Shown: positions 9,023 through 17,366 of the stretch, in pieces
Numbering within the stretch: the first letter of the stretch is position 1
Layout: each line of letters starts with the position of its first letter
Source: Clostridia bacterium
GTDB lineage: Bacteria > Bacillota > Clostridia > Christensenellales > Aristaeellaceae
NCBI GenBank assembly: GCA_017550035.1
Contig: JAFYLS010000079.1
Coordinates: 1,925 to 65,924, forward strand
Direction: 5' to 3'
Length of the DNA: 64,000 nucleotides
The notes under the pieces: generated by a model
Told to the model about the DNA's origin: nothing
Seen by the model: only the letters and a program-made list of their open reading frames with translations
Databases searched by the model: none
Translations under genes and position numbers: made by a program

Positions 9023-9709
9023 TCAGAAAGGGAGCTCATTGGGAATGCTTGCAACCCAGATCCTGAATTCTTCGGGACTAATACCATCGAAGAGTTCTGG
9101 GAAGGTAGATGAATTGAGTTCCTCTTCGTTCATGAAATCTTGGGTGGTTAATTTGTCAATTGTGTATCCCGGAAATGCTTTCATCCAAATGTGGTATTCT
9201 CTTTCCGTCATTTGTTCTACTGTTTCAATGAAGCTTATATGAACTTTGCTGAGACAAGGTCTTTCTTCTCCATCTGCATATAGCAGATGATATTTTTGCC
9301 CAAGATCAGCGATCGTTTTTTCTAGACCCCTAATGTGCAGATGAGAAAAATGACAGCGGTCTTTATTATTGCGATGAAAGGGCAACGGCTCTGATAAAGC
9401 GGCGAAGAGCCTGATTTGTTTCCAATTGATAATGATTTTTGACTTGGAATCATTTTTAAGATATCTGATCAGTGTGCGCTGCTCTAGAATCTTTCTGTGC
9501 TCGCTGATTTTATTGGGACGAATGCCTGTGTGTTTGCTGATTTCCAGCAGGGATGGACGAAAACCTGTTGCCTGACTGGCATAATATAAAAAAAGTTTTG
9601 TTGGTACGCCTGATAGTTTTACATTCGTGCAGGCATCAGCTGCCATGGATAAATAAAAATAGGGGCGTTGAATGTGGATGATTTTTGGTGGGGAATGTAT
9701 TGGGCTCAT
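9023..9709 (-). CDS. hypothetical MGE-associated protein with a putative (winged) HTH
   Basis: AAGGAG 5 nt upstream of ATG 9709 (the track ORF starts at 9742). The segment LLEISKHTGIRPNKISEHRKILEQRTLI looks like an HTH. No family recognised. Confidence 0.5.
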   Translation of the reverse strand: MSPIHSPPKIIHIQRPYFYLSMAADACTNVKLSGVPTKLFLYYASQATGFRPSLLEISKHTGIRPNKISEHRKILEQRTLIRYLKNDSKSKIIINWKQIRLFAALSEPLPFHRNNKDRCHFSHLHIRGLEKTIADLGQKYHLLYADGEERPCLSKVHISFIETVEQMTEREYHIWMKAFPGYTIDKLTTQDFMNEEELNSSTFPELFDGISPEEFRIWVASIPNELPF

Positions 9710-10050
9710 AATTTCTCCTTCGGTTTTCCAAAAATAAAACACAACCTCCCGATAAAGGAAGTTGTGCAGCCATTTGGTGTATGTTCATTATATCAGAAAT
9801 GGTTTGTATATGCAAATCAATAGCATTTTTGTGCCGTGAATATGATGCAGAAGCAGATGCAATTTCCCCATTGGGGAAATTATGGGATGAATTTGGAGGA
9901 GAATAGTTTTTGTGTGATTATCATTGAAAACACAGCTGACATTTTTTAAAAAGTGTTTCGGGAGGCTTTTTTGATGACAAGATAAAATGAAGAATGATTA
10001 TTTGCAGCACATTATGAAAAAAGAAGAATGCACCTTGGTGTGCTGAAACT

Positions 10051-10246
10051 GGGGTATATAACTATAACAGCTTGCCAGTATGGTTGTGCTCCGATGCCGC
10101 ACGGGCATTCTGATGGCCAGTACGTGAAGGATAAGGTTACATGTGCGGCGATAGAGGAAATACAAAAATCTGAAACCGGGGTACATAACTATAGTGGCTT
10201 GCTATTTTCGGTGTGCTCTAATGCCGCACGGGCATGTTTTTGCCAG
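10051..10246 (+). repeat. two ~70-nt direct repeats (10051-10120 and 10178-10246, period 127 nt, roughly three-quarters identical), each with a conserved hairpin
   Basis: Copy A: ggggtatataactataacagcttgccagtatggttgtgctccgatgccgcacgggcattctgatggccag. Copy B: ggggtacataactatagtggcttgctattttcggtgtgctctaatgccgcacgggcatgtttttgccag. Both share the atgcc-gcacg-ggcat hairpin (10094-10108 and 10221-10235). Confidence 0.7.
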
Positions 10247-10277
10247 AACAAGCATACGGAATATCCTTGTTTATATT

Positions 10278-10318
10278 GAAAAATAATGGACATCTGCTAT
10301 TCAATGAAGCAAATGTCC
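10278..10318 (-). terminator. terminator of the regulator gene
   Basis: ggacatctgc (10288-10297) pairs with gcaaatgtcc (10309-10318) with one mismatch, followed on the minus strand by cattattttt. Confidence 0.5.
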
Positions 10319-10328
10319 GTAAAAAGAA

Positions 10329-11396
10329 TTATTCTTTGAAGCGGTTCTCCTGAGTGGATTCACGCGTGATAAGTTGGGCGGGAATGTTGATTCGTGTATA
10401 ACCTTCAGTAGCACCGGTCATAAGTTTATCAAGAACACGGGCAGATTCATAACCCAATGCATGGAAATCCTGACGCAAAGTAGTCAGCGTGGGCTGATGA
10501 TAACGATAAGTTTCGCTGTCATCAAAGCCTACTACAGATACGTCTTTAGGTACACTAAATCCGTTATTCTTCAGAGCTTCAACCAGACATGAGGCAGTGT
10601 AATCATTGGCGCATACAATAGCTGTTACTTTATGTTTTCGCACGCTATCAACGCAAGCGTCCAGTTCATTGATGGTATGGGGGGGTAGCATGTGACCACT
10701 CAAACCAAAATCACGCATGGCGTGCACATATCCTTTATAGCGTTCCTTTTCTGAACTGATACTGGGCTGTTCATACAGGAAGCCGATGCGCTGATGCTTG
10801 AGTTGGGTGAGGTGTTCAACTGCTGCATATACGGCATCATGATTGTTACACCCAACATAGTTGATTGGGAAATGCCCCAGATAACGGTCAATGCAAACGA
10901 ATTTTACGCCGGCTTGACTCAGTTTGCGCAGATGTGCTGCTTTTTCCTGATCGTTGGGGGAGTTGATGTACAGTATAAGTCCGCTGTCCTGTTCTTTATG
11001 TCTGCCAGACCGGAGATACTCATCGCAGAAAGCGTAATTCTCCAATGCAAGCAGACACTTCTTGTTTTTGTAGTAACGTTGAATTCCCTGAACAATACGG
11101 CTCAAACTCGTGTCAAGACGAGCTTCAATATCAAAAATCAGATGAATGTGCCGGGATGGTTCTTCAGATTGTTTTTCATCTGCGGAAGAAACATAGGTGC
11201 CTTTTCCTTTGACACGATATACAATGCCTTCGCGCACCATGGTTTCCATGGCTTTTCGTACGGTAATAGAACTGACACCAAATTCGGCCATCAGTTCACT
11301 TTCGGAAGGCAGTTGATCCCGAGGCTTGAGGATTTCTCCTTCGATGCAGTCTTTGATATGATGAACAATTTGCATGTATTTGGGTGCACTGCTCAA
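10329..11396 (-). CDS. AraR-like transcriptional regulator (GntR-type wHTH fused to a LacI/PBP1 sugar-binding domain)
   Basis: APKYMQIVHHIKDCIEGEILKPRDQLPSESELMAEFGVSSITVRKAMETMVREGIVYRVKGKGTYV is a GntR HTH. The C-terminal 270 aa have a LacI-type periplasmic-binding fold (VVGFDDSE...). Likely start is TTG 11396 with AAGGAGG 7 nt upstream (the track ORF extends to 11444). Confidence 0.85.
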   Translation of the reverse strand: MSSAPKYMQIVHHIKDCIEGEILKPRDQLPSESELMAEFGVSSITVRKAMETMVREGIVYRVKGKGTYVSSADEKQSEEPSRHIHLIFDIEARLDTSLSRIVQGIQRYYKNKKCLLALENYAFCDEYLRSGRHKEQDSGLILYINSPNDQEKAAHLRKLSQAGVKFVCIDRYLGHFPINYVGCNNHDAVYAAVEHLTQLKHQRIGFLYEQPSISSEKERYKGYVHAMRDFGLSGHMLPPHTINELDACVDSVRKHKVTAIVCANDYTASCLVEALKNNGFSVPKDVSVVGFDDSETYRYHQPTLTTLRQDFHALGYESARVLDKLMTGATEGYTRINIPAQLITRESTQENRFKE

Positions 11397-11433
11397 AAGA
11401 GGGGCCTCCTTTCGTCCGCATAATGGTAATGAT

Positions 11434-11478
11434 AAAGTATACAAACACTACTATAAAGGGTTTGAACGTTTTCGTCAA
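11434..11478 (-). promoter_or_regulatory. promoter of the regulator gene with an adjacent GTATAC operator
   Basis: On the minus strand: TTGACG (11478-11473), 17 nt, TATAGT (11455-11450), then TTTGTATACTTT (11445-11434) 4 nt downstream. Confidence 0.55.
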
Positions 11479-11498
11479 ACCCTAATATGGAAATTATT

Positions 11499-14051
11499 TC
11501 AAGTTGGAAGCTTCTGAGCCTCTGATTGCTCAATCAGGAGCGTTCGAATAGCAAATGCCGGCATAGAGACTCTGACATAAGGCTGCTCCTGATCTCGCTG
11601 AATGGACAGTGTCTTAATGATACGTCCGTCAAGTTCGGTCAAACAACAATCTGTAACCGTATCAGGAAGATCTATACGTACATCATCTGCTTCAGGGGCA
11701 AACAAACGAAGAAGTATCTGACTCTCAGAAGATGCATACACTGCGCTGCCTTCGCATTTGCCGCTTATATGAATAAGGCTATGCTGACAGGGAGTGCACA
11801 GATTCGAAACGCGCTGAGATGCAGGTATGTGCTGCAACTTCTGGAATTCGTGCCATACATCGCCCTGCTGCCAAGTGCCTGCATGCGGGAGCAGAGTATA
11901 GCAGATATCATGATCGCCTTTGAGTTCTCTGCGCCCCCACCAATAACCGCCGTCCCACCCCCATGCCAGCGTCAACGCAAGCGGATCATTTGTACCGTGT
12001 GAGTAGGAAGTGGTATGATCACACATTAAGCAAAGACCGCGCTCTCCATCGTTCACATCTACCCAGTTCAGCAAAATGTTATGTTTAATCTCATCCCAAC
12101 GCTTGAAATGGGTGTTTTCATGTTTGCTTTCACATACGTCGTAGGCTGCGTCTTTGAAAAGATGTTTTTGCGAAAAAACGGTAGGAAAGTGAGCACAGAG
12201 CTTATAGCGGCTGTCATGATACGACCGATGACGTTCTTCTTTATTATCAGATGGAATGATTTCGTGTGGCTCGCCAATGTATGTTTTCTCCGGAAAATGG
12301 AAAACAACATGCATGGGTATGGCTTTTTCACCTTGAGCAAGGGAAATGTCAAGCGAGAAGGGAACGTTGGAGATCTGTCCGTGAATGCGTATACAGGCTT
12401 TTACAGGGCCATTGGCAATGATTTCAGCCTGTGCAGGATGCTCACAGCTGGAACAGAAGCGTCCTTCTCTAATGAAATAGCCGGTGTATTCATTGAAATA
12501 CTTTTCATCGTTTGCTATGATATCCTTTTTCAATGTTTTATCATATAGCTGTGTAATGACACCGCCGAGACGAAGATCCAGGGTAATGGCGTACAGATCG
12601 GATTCCAGATAAACAAACTCTCGATCCATGCGTACAGATACCGGAGTGGTTTCAAGATTCTTTTCAGCCGTGTATTGGAGACGGAAGTTTTTGAATCCAA
12701 ATGCAGGAAGTGACGCACGGAAACATAGTGTACCTGCATTCATACTGCCGTCAAAATAAGTGCGTTCCGGTATGTACTGGGTAGAGAGTTCTTGATCTCC
12801 GTCAAATACACGGATGGTCTGCGTTCCGGGAAATGATGTTACAGGTACTTCAATGAAACGGCTTTCTTCTCTTGTGAGAGGGTTGAAAACAAAAACACTT
12901 TCTTCGCCGATTCTGTCGGCAACTGGTACAGCAAAGTGGGAAGTAATAGAGATAAGACTGTTTGTCACTACAGGCTCAACAAGGCCGTTTGCGGCATAGA
13001 CCTGTGCAGCGCCTTTGAATGCCCAGTTATCTTCGTATTTCCCCAAAGGAGCACAAATCCAGCCGTCGTGGTGTTGAGCCATCAGTACATGATGCCAGCC
13101 TTCCCGGATGCGTTCTATTCCTTTAACAGGCAATCGAAGGAACTGAGTCATGGCATGGATACGTTCGGCTTTCAGCATGAAGCCTTCGCCTTTACGCACT
13201 TGACGGGCCATAGCAGTCAGCACCTGTTCGCCCCAGGGGAGAGCACAGAGAAAGCTTTCCTGCGTAATCTTGCGAACCTTTGCAGGTGTATTGGCATAAT
13301 GTTCAAAATATTCTTTCCACGTTACGTGAAGAACATGAGGAGGTAGAGAAACTGTTCCGGCTTCTGTCAGTTTGCCAAGACGAGGCAAAGAAGGCCATCC
13401 CAGATCCTGAAAAATCATACCGGTAGGATGACTGATACCTGCATTTATACATTTTTCTGTAAAGGAAAGGGTAGCATCTACACTTTCAGTTTCCCAGGCT
13501 TTCTGCAATTTTTCACATGCGTAGCGTGGAACTGTGGGAATCTGACTGCCGTCAGGCCCTTCCCAGACAAACAACTCATCATCAAACCCTTCACAATAAC
13601 CGCCCCAGGCAGTAGAAGGGTTTTTGAGAGCGGCACGTTTGAACCCGAGCGATAAAAGGATTTGAGGCAGAGAACTGGTCCAGCAGGGCTCCTGTACGGC
13701 GAATGTTGTTAATTCGGCATCAGGGAAATGTTCGCGGAGTTTATCAATGCCCATCAATAAATGGCGGATATTGCTTTCACCGTCTGTCAGATATCCATAA
13801 CACTGACCGTAGCTACCGGATACCAGTTCAAGACGTCCGTCTGCAGACTGAATCATTTTGTTCAGTTCATCATAAGCAGCTGGATCGCGGTGCTGCAACT
13901 CATCAAAAGAAATAGGTTCTACATCAATACAGAGCTTCCATTCGGGGCATTTTTTCAGCATCTCAAGAATATCGCGCCAGCAGCCAAGTGGCATATGACC
14001 GCGTATACCGCCGTGATAACCATCGATGTAGTAAAGCATTTTATCTGTCAC
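11499..14051 (-). CDS. glycoside hydrolase family 38-like protein (putative alpha-mannosidase-type enzyme)
   Basis: About 850 aa. The central HHVLMAQHHDGWICAP resembles the GH38 QHHD motif and the size is GH38-like. The N-terminus (YYIDGYHGGIRGH) lacks the canonical HxHxDxxW. Likely start is GTG 14051 (GGAGG 8 nt upstream). The track ORF to 14180 would overlap the upstream permease. Confidence 0.5.
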   Translation of the reverse strand: MTDKMLYYIDGYHGGIRGHMPLGCWRDILEMLKKCPEWKLCIDVEPISFDELQHRDPAAYDELNKMIQSADGRLELVSGSYGQCYGYLTDGESNIRHLLMGIDKLREHFPDAELTTFAVQEPCWTSSLPQILLSLGFKRAALKNPSTAWGGYCEGFDDELFVWEGPDGSQIPTVPRYACEKLQKAWETESVDATLSFTEKCINAGISHPTGMIFQDLGWPSLPRLGKLTEAGTVSLPPHVLHVTWKEYFEHYANTPAKVRKITQESFLCALPWGEQVLTAMARQVRKGEGFMLKAERIHAMTQFLRLPVKGIERIREGWHHVLMAQHHDGWICAPLGKYEDNWAFKGAAQVYAANGLVEPVVTNSLISITSHFAVPVADRIGEESVFVFNPLTREESRFIEVPVTSFPGTQTIRVFDGDQELSTQYIPERTYFDGSMNAGTLCFRASLPAFGFKNFRLQYTAEKNLETTPVSVRMDREFVYLESDLYAITLDLRLGGVITQLYDKTLKKDIIANDEKYFNEYTGYFIREGRFCSSCEHPAQAEIIANGPVKACIRIHGQISNVPFSLDISLAQGEKAIPMHVVFHFPEKTYIGEPHEIIPSDNKEERHRSYHDSRYKLCAHFPTVFSQKHLFKDAAYDVCESKHENTHFKRWDEIKHNILLNWVDVNDGERGLCLMCDHTTSYSHGTNDPLALTLAWGWDGGYWWGRRELKGDHDICYTLLPHAGTWQQGDVWHEFQKLQHIPASQRVSNLCTPCQHSLIHISGKCEGSAVYASSESQILLRLFAPEADDVRIDLPDTVTDCCLTELDGRIIKTLSIQRDQEQPYVRVSMPAFAIRTLLIEQSEAQKLPT

Positions 14052-14098
14052 TTGAAGTTCCTCCGCTATGATCAGGTAAGGGATTGGCAGATAAGGGA

Positions 14099-15010
14099 TT
14101 AACTTTCGTAGTGGACTTTGGAAGTGCCAAGACGGAAGACTACCAGGGTGAGCGCAAAGGTAACCAGCATCAATACCCAAGCCATGGCAGAGGCATAACC
14201 CATGCGCATATCCTGGAAAGCCCGGCGGTAAAGCATCAGTACATAAAAGGTTGTAGAATGAACGGGACCACCGTCGGTCATGACAAGTGCAGTAGAGAAG
14301 GTCTGCAGGGCACCGATGATGCCAATAATGGTATTATACAGAATGCTGGGAGACAGCAGAGGCAGCGTAATGGAAAAGAACTTTCTGATGGGGCCGGCAC
14401 CGTCTACGTCGGCAGCTTCGTAATAGGAAGTCGGTATTCCTTTCAGGCCAGCCAGATAGATAATCATGGTGCTTCCAGCATTCCAGCAGTTCATAATGAC
14501 AAGCGCAGGTTTTGCCCAGGCGGGATCCATCAGCCAGTTGGGACCTTTAATACCGAACACGCCCAGGAAAGCATTCAATACGCCGTTGCTTTGGAAGATA
14601 AAATACCAAAGCATGGATACGGCAACGATTGATACGACGTTAGGCAAATAATAGACGGTACGCAGCATACGGATGCCACGGATTTTCTGGTTCATCATGA
14701 CAGCAATTGCAATGCCAATGACCAGATTAAGAGGTACGCTCAGCAGCGCAAAAAACAGAGTGTTTTGTGCAGAAATAGGAATCAGGTAGTCAGAAGTAAA
14801 AAGGATTTTGTAGTTGGCCAAGCCAATCCATTTGTAATTCTGTGAAAAGTTATAGTTCGTGAAAGAATAGTAAAGAGAAGAAAGAACGGGATACAGCGTG
14901 AACACTGCAAGACCGATCAGCCAGGGGGATGCAAACAGATAGCCGTACAAGGCCTCCTGACGGCGCATTTTGTTCATGCGATGCGTTTTTTTGCCAGACA
15001 CATGGATCAT
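14099..15010 (-). CDS. CUT1-family sugar ABC transporter permease (MalF-type)
   Basis: 303 aa and multi-TM. The EAA-loop region is YYEAADVDGAGPIRKFFSITLP. AAGGAG lies 8 nt upstream of ATG 15010. Confidence 0.88.
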   Translation of the reverse strand: MIHVSGKKTHRMNKMRRQEALYGYLFASPWLIGLAVFTLYPVLSSLYYSFTNYNFSQNYKWIGLANYKILFTSDYLIPISAQNTLFFALLSVPLNLVIGIAIAVMMNQKIRGIRMLRTVYYLPNVVSIVAVSMLWYFIFQSNGVLNAFLGVFGIKGPNWLMDPAWAKPALVIMNCWNAGSTMIIYLAGLKGIPTSYYEAADVDGAGPIRKFFSITLPLLSPSILYNTIIGIIGALQTFSTALVMTDGGPVHSTTFYVLMLYRRAFQDMRMGYASAMAWVLMLVTFALTLVVFRLGTSKVHYES

Positions 15011-15102
15011 CGTTCATTCTCCTTGCTTTTTGTCGTATCAGTCCCCGGAGGGACCGGAGAGGCAAAATGCCTCTCCGGTTTGGTTTACATGCGGTCAGTA
15101 AA

Positions 15103-16410
15103 TTACAGACCATTCAGCAGACGGTAATTTTCAATTTCCGTCAGCATGTTCTTCTGAGCATCTTCCATGGCCTGCTCAGGAGTCTTAGCGCCCATCAGAG
15201 CATTCTGCCATTCGGGCAGCAGCACGGAGTTGGGCCAAGTGGGCAGTTCGGGGCAGAAGTGATGGATACGGGTGTATTCGCCGCTTTCAGCAAACACCTG
15301 CCATACGGGATCAGCCTGCACAGCAGGATCCTGATAGGCATCCATATTGCAAACATATTCGCTGTTGCCAAGCAGGAACTTGGTGGCGACTTCGGTGCTG
15401 GTCAGGTACTGGCCAAGCAGGAAGGCAGCTTCAGCGCGCTTTTCATCCTTGAAGGTGAATTCGAGAGAATAGCCGGCACCCCAGGAGGCCTTGTTGTTCA
15501 CACCATCGCTGGTGGGAATCAGGGCAACGCCGTAATCCAGTTCGGGGGCATAAGTGGCCAGAGTGGAGCAGAAACCGTTGAACTGCACGCACATGGAAGC
15601 AGTGCCGTTGGTGAAGGGAGAAATGCCGGTGGCCATGGCGGCGTCGAAAAGCTTCTGATAAGCATCGGCACCTACGGCTTCAGTCAGCTTGATCACATAC
15701 TTCAGGGCTTCCACCATCTGAGGCGTGTTGAGAGTGGGGTTGTTTTCGGCATCCCAGTAATCTGCACCGAAAGTCCAGCCCATGGTCCAGGGGGCGATTT
15801 CCCACCAGATGGTGGAGAAGCCGACCTGAGTCACTTCACCATTTTCGTCGGTGATGTTCAGCTTTTCAACATATTCCAGCACTTCTTCCCAGGACTTGGG
15901 AGCCACTTCAGGATCCAGACCGGCAGCGCGGAAATGATCCTTATTGTAGAAGAGCACGCGGGTATCGGTCATATAGGGCATGCCGTAGAGCTTGCCGTCA
16001 TAGGTGCAGATATCCACGGTTGCGGGGAAGTAGCGGGTCATGTCCATGCCGGCATTTTTCACGTACTCGTCCAGACACATGGTCTGATTCTTCATAGCGC
16101 GCTCCTGAACGGTAGCCAGGTCGTACACGAAGATATCAGGGGCAGTGCCGGCAACCAGTGCAGGAACCAGCTTTTCGCCCTGTTCGCCCAGGCCGAGGCC
16201 CAGCTCATTCACCTTGATGTTGGGATACTTTTCCATGAAGTCGGCCAGGACTTCAGTCATGATCTCGGCGCCGGTGCCGGAGGGATAGTGGTGCCAGAAG
16301 TCGATCTCGATCACTTCTTCTTCGGCAAGCGCGGGGCAAGCGGACAGAAGAAGGATGCAGGACAGAGCCAGGCACAGGATACGTTTCCAGAGCTTCTTCA
16401 TGCTGTTCAT
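15103..16410 (-). CDS. extracellular sugar-binding lipoprotein (ABC SBP family 1)
   Basis: The signal peptide with lipobox is LLLSAC. IDFWHHYPSG...PDIFVYD is typical of SBP_bac_1. GGAGG lies 7 nt upstream. Confidence 0.88.
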   Translation of the reverse strand: MNSMKKLWKRILCLALSCILLLSACPALAEEEVIEIDFWHHYPSGTGAEIMTEVLADFMEKYPNIKVNELGLGLGEQGEKLVPALVAGTAPDIFVYDLATVQERAMKNQTMCLDEYVKNAGMDMTRYFPATVDICTYDGKLYGMPYMTDTRVLFYNKDHFRAAGLDPEVAPKSWEEVLEYVEKLNITDENGEVTQVGFSTIWWEIAPWTMGWTFGADYWDAENNPTLNTPQMVEALKYVIKLTEAVGADAYQKLFDAAMATGISPFTNGTASMCVQFNGFCSTLATYAPELDYGVALIPTSDGVNNKASWGAGYSLEFTFKDEKRAEAAFLLGQYLTSTEVATKFLLGNSEYVCNMDAYQDPAVQADPVWQVFAESGEYTRIHHFCPELPTWPNSVLLPEWQNALMGAKTPEQAMEDAQKNMLTEIENYRLLNGL

Positions 16411-16497
16411 TGTGTTACCTCCATTATGATGTAGTAGGATATATCCTCTCGCAGCGGTCTGGCAGCGCTGCGCAGGGTTCTGGGGGAAATAAAAGGA

Positions 16498-17349
16498 TCA
16501 CTCTTTCAATCCGGTCAGTGTAATGCCTTCAATGAAATATCTCTGAAAACTGAAGAACAGCGCCAGGGACGGAAGCGCTACTACTACACTGGCTGCCATT
16601 GTAAGATGCCATTTGCTGTCGCTCTGAATCTGAAAAGTACGAAGACCGTAACTGAGGGTATAACGCATTTTATCATTGATGTAGAGCAGTGGCCCCATAA
16701 AATCGTTCCATGTAAACATGAATGTGAAAATTGCCACTGTAGCAAGCGCCGGCTTACAAAGGGGTAGAATAATTTTCCAGAAGATGCGAAGTTCACCGCA
16801 GCCATCCAATCTTGCGCATTCACTCAGACTGTTGGGGATGGTGCGGAAGAACTGACGGAGCAGGAAGATGTTGGTTGCACTTCCTGCAAAAGCGGGAACT
16901 ATCAAGGGAAGATAACTGTCCAGCCAACCGAAATTCTTGAACAGGATGAACTGGGGTACCATTGTGACCGTGGCCGGCAGCATCATAGTGGCAAGCAAGA
17001 TTTTGAACCAGAATTCTCTGCCTGGCCACCGCAATCTGGCAAACGCATAACCAACCAGCGCCGACGAAAGTACAGTGCCAAGCATGTTCATCATAACCAA
17101 ATAGAGCGTGTTGGCGAGATATCGCAGGAAGGGAAAGTAACTCAGTGCAACGCTGTAGTTCTGCCATTGCAGTTTTTTAGGAATCCAAACCGTAGGTATT
17201 GCAATGATCTCCTGTGGCGTTTTCAAAGAGGTGGACAGCATCCACAGGAAGGGAAAGAGAAAAATGACTGCGCCTGCCAGAAGAATCACAACAATCAGCG
17301 TTTTACCGATGAAATTGCGTGTTTTGCGCAAAGTGCTTTCCTGAGCCAT
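16498..17349 (-). CDS. CUT1-family sugar ABC transporter permease (MalG-type)
   Basis: 283 aa. The EAA loop is LSECARLDGCGELRIFWKIILP. Confidence 0.88.
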   Translation of the reverse strand: MAQESTLRKTRNFIGKTLIVVILLAGAVIFLFPFLWMLSTSLKTPQEIIAIPTVWIPKKLQWQNYSVALSYFPFLRYLANTLYLVMMNMLGTVLSSALVGYAFARLRWPGREFWFKILLATMMLPATVTMVPQFILFKNFGWLDSYLPLIVPAFAGSATNIFLLRQFFRTIPNSLSECARLDGCGELRIFWKIILPLCKPALATVAIFTFMFTWNDFMGPLLYINDKMRYTLSYGLRTFQIQSDSKWHLTMAASVVVALPSLALFFSFQRYFIEGITLTGLKE

Positions 17350-17366
17350 GAGTGTCTGTTTCCTCC

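Larger units (their letters stand above)
1..10250. mobile_element. composite mobile/defence island (boundaries uncertain; the left end lies outside the window)
   Basis: Two recombinase genes (one truncated), Type I R-M + Abi cargo, an Xis-like gene, AT-rich segments by eye (2.8-5.3 kb and 8.7-10.3 kb), and repeat structures at 10.05-10.25 kb. Confidence 0.45.

Noticed and set aside
10094-10235. Guanidine-II (mini-ykkC) riboswitch idea for the two GCACGG-containing hairpins
   Set aside because: With an ACGR tetraloop the closing stem would be only 2 bp. The hairpins are 127 nt apart (mini-ykkC hairpins are close together), and no transporter or carboxylase gene follows on the same strand.
10028-10279. 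83-aa Cys-rich ORF across the tandem repeats (a possible RiPP precursor or small secreted peptide)
   Set aside because: The two repeat copies are read in different frames, so the conservation is not at the protein level. There is no RBS and no neighbouring modification enzymes.
11397-11444. Longer N-terminus of the regulator (MYTLSLPLCGRKEAPL...) and the longer GH38-like N-terminus (14052-14180)
   Set aside because: The extensions lack RBSs, overlap promoter/operator elements or the upstream gene, and precede the conserved domain starts. Internal TTG/GTG starts have well-spaced AGGAGG/GGAGG sites. The coordinates remain uncertain.
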